Shown: piece after piece, positions 61,595 to 64,000 of the stretch
Layout of the letters: each line of letters starts with the position of its first letter
How positions within the stretch are numbered: the first letter of the stretch is position 1
The notes under the pieces: model-generated
The model's database searches: none
Told to the model about the DNA's origin: nothing
The model's input: the letters and a program-made list of their open reading frames with translations, nothing else
NCBI GenBank assembly: GCA_045633945.1
Contig: JAZQZH010000037.1
Location: 4,171 to 68,170, forward strand
Direction: 5' to 3'
Origin: Alphaproteobacteria bacterium
GTDB lineage: Bacteria; Pseudomonadota; Alphaproteobacteria; RF32; CAG-239
DNA: 64,000 nucleotides
Position numbers and translations under genes: made by a program

Positions 61595-61852
61595 ATGGCA
61601 CATAAGAAATCAGGCGGTAGCTCATCAAACGGACGCGATTCTATTGGACGTCGTTTAGGTGTAAAAAAATTCGGTGGTGAATCTGTTATCGCTGGTAATA
61701 TCATTATCCGTCAACGTGGCACAAAATTCCACCCAGGAAACAACGTTGGTATGGGTAAAGACCACACAATTTTTGCCACAACAGAAGGCAAAGTTGAGTT
61801 CAAAACTAAAGCAAATGACAGAACATACGTATCTGTTGTTCCAGCAGAATAG
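61595..61852 (+). CDS. rpmA: 50S ribosomal protein L27
   Basis: [44 protein letters not shown]. Confidence 0.98.
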   Translation: MAHKKSGGSSSNGRDSIGRRLGVKKFGGESVIAGNIIIRQRGTKFHPGNNVGMGKDHTIFATTEGKVEFKTKANDRTYVSVVPAE

Positions 61853-62998
<1,146 letters not shown>

Positions 62999-63017
62999 GA
63001 ATCAAAGGAGAATATAT

Positions 63018-63362
63018 ATGACAGAAGACAACAAAGAATTGTTGGAACTAGTAGAAAAAATACTTGATGATAACAAAGCTGAAGATATTGTTGTAATTGA
63101 CCTTAAAGGCAAAACCTCAATAGCTAACTATATGGTTATCGCAAGCGGAACATCTAATCGTCATGTTGCCTCTTTAGCAGACAAACTAAAATACGAACTA
63201 AAACAACAAGGATACACAGCCTCATCTGAAGGTGAAGAAAAAGCCAACTGGGTTTTAATTGATGCATTTGATGTTATTGTCCACATCTTTTGCCCAGAAG
63301 TTAGAGACTTTTACAACCTCGAAAAAATGTGGAATACAGCTGCAGAGTTACGCAAAAACTAA
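63018..63362 (+). CDS. rsfS: ribosome silencing factor RsfS
   Basis: 114 aa, ..LDDNKAEDIVVIDL.GK.SIA.YMVIASG.S.RHV.....L......G ... WVL.D..DV.VH.F pattern. Confidence 0.93.
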   Translation: MTEDNKELLELVEKILDDNKAEDIVVIDLKGKTSIANYMVIASGTSNRHVASLADKLKYELKQQGYTASSEGEEKANWVLIDAFDVIVHIFCPEVRDFYNLEKMWNTAAELRKN

Positions 63363-63390
63363 TATAGTTATTAAAAAAAATAAAAAACTC

Positions 63391-63419
63391 TTGATTTATT
63401 ATTTTAATAAGTGTATCAA
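63391..63419 (+). promoter_or_regulatory. candidate promoter for tRNA-Trp
   Basis: TTGATT-N17-TATCAA, about 35 nt before the tRNA. Confidence 0.3.
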
Positions 63420-63454
63420 GAACAAGCGATTGGATAAATACATTCAATCAGTTT

Positions 63455-63530
63455 AGGGGTATAGCTCAGTTGGTAGAGCATCGGTCTCCAAAACCGAGTG
63501 TCGTGAGTTCGAATCTTACTGCCCCTGCCA
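63455..63530 (+). tRNA. tRNA-Trp (anticodon CCA), CCA encoded
   Basis: Hand-folded. Acceptor AGGGGTA/TGCCCCT, D-arm GCTC/GAGC, anticodon arm TCGGT-CTCCAAA-ACCGA, T-arm GTGAG-TTCGAAT-CTTAC. Confidence 0.92.
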
Positions 63531-63537
63531 AAAAATA

Positions 63538-63578
63538 ACACCAACCTATTGATTTTTCAGTAGATTGGTGTTTTTTTA
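63538..63578 (+). terminator. intrinsic terminator after tRNA-Trp
   Basis: ACACCAACCTA/TAGATTGGTGT (one mismatch) followed by T7. Confidence 0.7.
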
Positions 63579-63621
63579 TTATATGTTTTTTATACTGTGC
63601 TACATAAGGGTGATACAGTAT

Positions 63622-64000
63622 ATGGCAAATATAACAAGACTCCATTTAAGAAAAAATACCTATTATATTAGAATTGTGGTGCCTAATTCCATTAAGGACC
63701 TTGTCAAAAAAAATGAAATAAAATATTCTTTAAAAACAAATAACTATTTTGATGCTTTATCAAAATTAAGAATTGAGAGTGCCAAAATAGAGATGTATTT
63801 TAATTTTGTGAAAGAGTTGGCAATGGACATTAAAAATAATGCTATAATTTTAACAGATGAAGAATTAGATAAAGTTTTAGTATATAGATTAAGACAAATT
63901 GATGATTTTTATGAAAACCATTACAACAAAATACAAAATGGAAAGATTGATTTTGAAGATATTGGATTATTTACACAGAAAAAAGTTAATGAATACAATG
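63622..64000 (+). CDS. tyrosine-type site-specific integrase, N-terminal 126 codons; runs off the right edge
   Basis: Not in the ORF track because there is no stop. MANITRLHLRKNTYYIRIVVPNSIKDLVKKNEIKYSLKTNNYFDALSKLRIE fits the N-terminal arm-type domain pattern of tRNA-associated integrases (..YY.R..VP..L.....EI..SL.T.....A, DUF6538-like). Sits directly after a tRNA gene. Confidence 0.65.
   Translation, partial: MANITRLHLRKNTYYIRIVVPNSIKDLVKKNEIKYSLKTNNYFDALSKLRIESAKIEMYFNFVKELAMDIKNNAIILTDEELDKVLVYRLRQIDDFYENHYNKIQNGKIDFEDIGLFTQKKVNEYN

Overview
Gene-dense, low-GC bacterial chromosome segment (about one-third G+C by eye, not computed). The standard genetic code fits, because all conserved genes read through intact. 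Everything here comes from reading the sequence and the supplied translations; no searches were run.

The backbone looks alphaproteobacterial. It carries a CtrA response regulator, a CckA-type hybrid histidine kinase, HdaA and a MipZ-like ParA-family protein.

Housekeeping content: ftsH, dnaK, groES-groEL, mutS, greA, sodB, ugd, pgm, a 21-gene S10-spc ribosomal-protein cluster (rpsJ to rplO), cckA-hdaA-truB-rpsO-pnp, adk, rplU-rpmA-obg-rsfS, tRNA-His(GUG) and tRNA-Trp(CCA).

Accessory content:
- Two very large autotransporter paralogues (1185 and 1951 aa) whose mature N-termini carry ankyrin repeats.
- A secreted protein with 18 YwqK/MORN-variant repeats.
- A DUF3015 + DUF4105 pair.
- luxS and the 5' end of an adhE-type gene.
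- Several lipoproteins.
- Orphan ORFs of 258, 513 and 242 aa.
- A C-terminal remnant of an ABC transporter.
- At the right edge, a tyrosine-integrase gene directly after tRNA-Trp, so an integrated element probably starts there and continues outside the window.

I saw no rRNA, CRISPR array, IS element or recognisable defence or toxin-antitoxin system.

The best candidates for something undescribed are:
- The ankyrin-tipped autotransporter family with its two downstream genes (6777-12699).
- The compositionally atypical 513-aa orphan sitting where secY should follow rplO.
- A MipZ-like protein with degenerate ATPase motifs.
- The 0.7-kb non-coding gap with odd structures beside an unusual tRNA-His.

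These functional ideas are inferences, not demonstrated.
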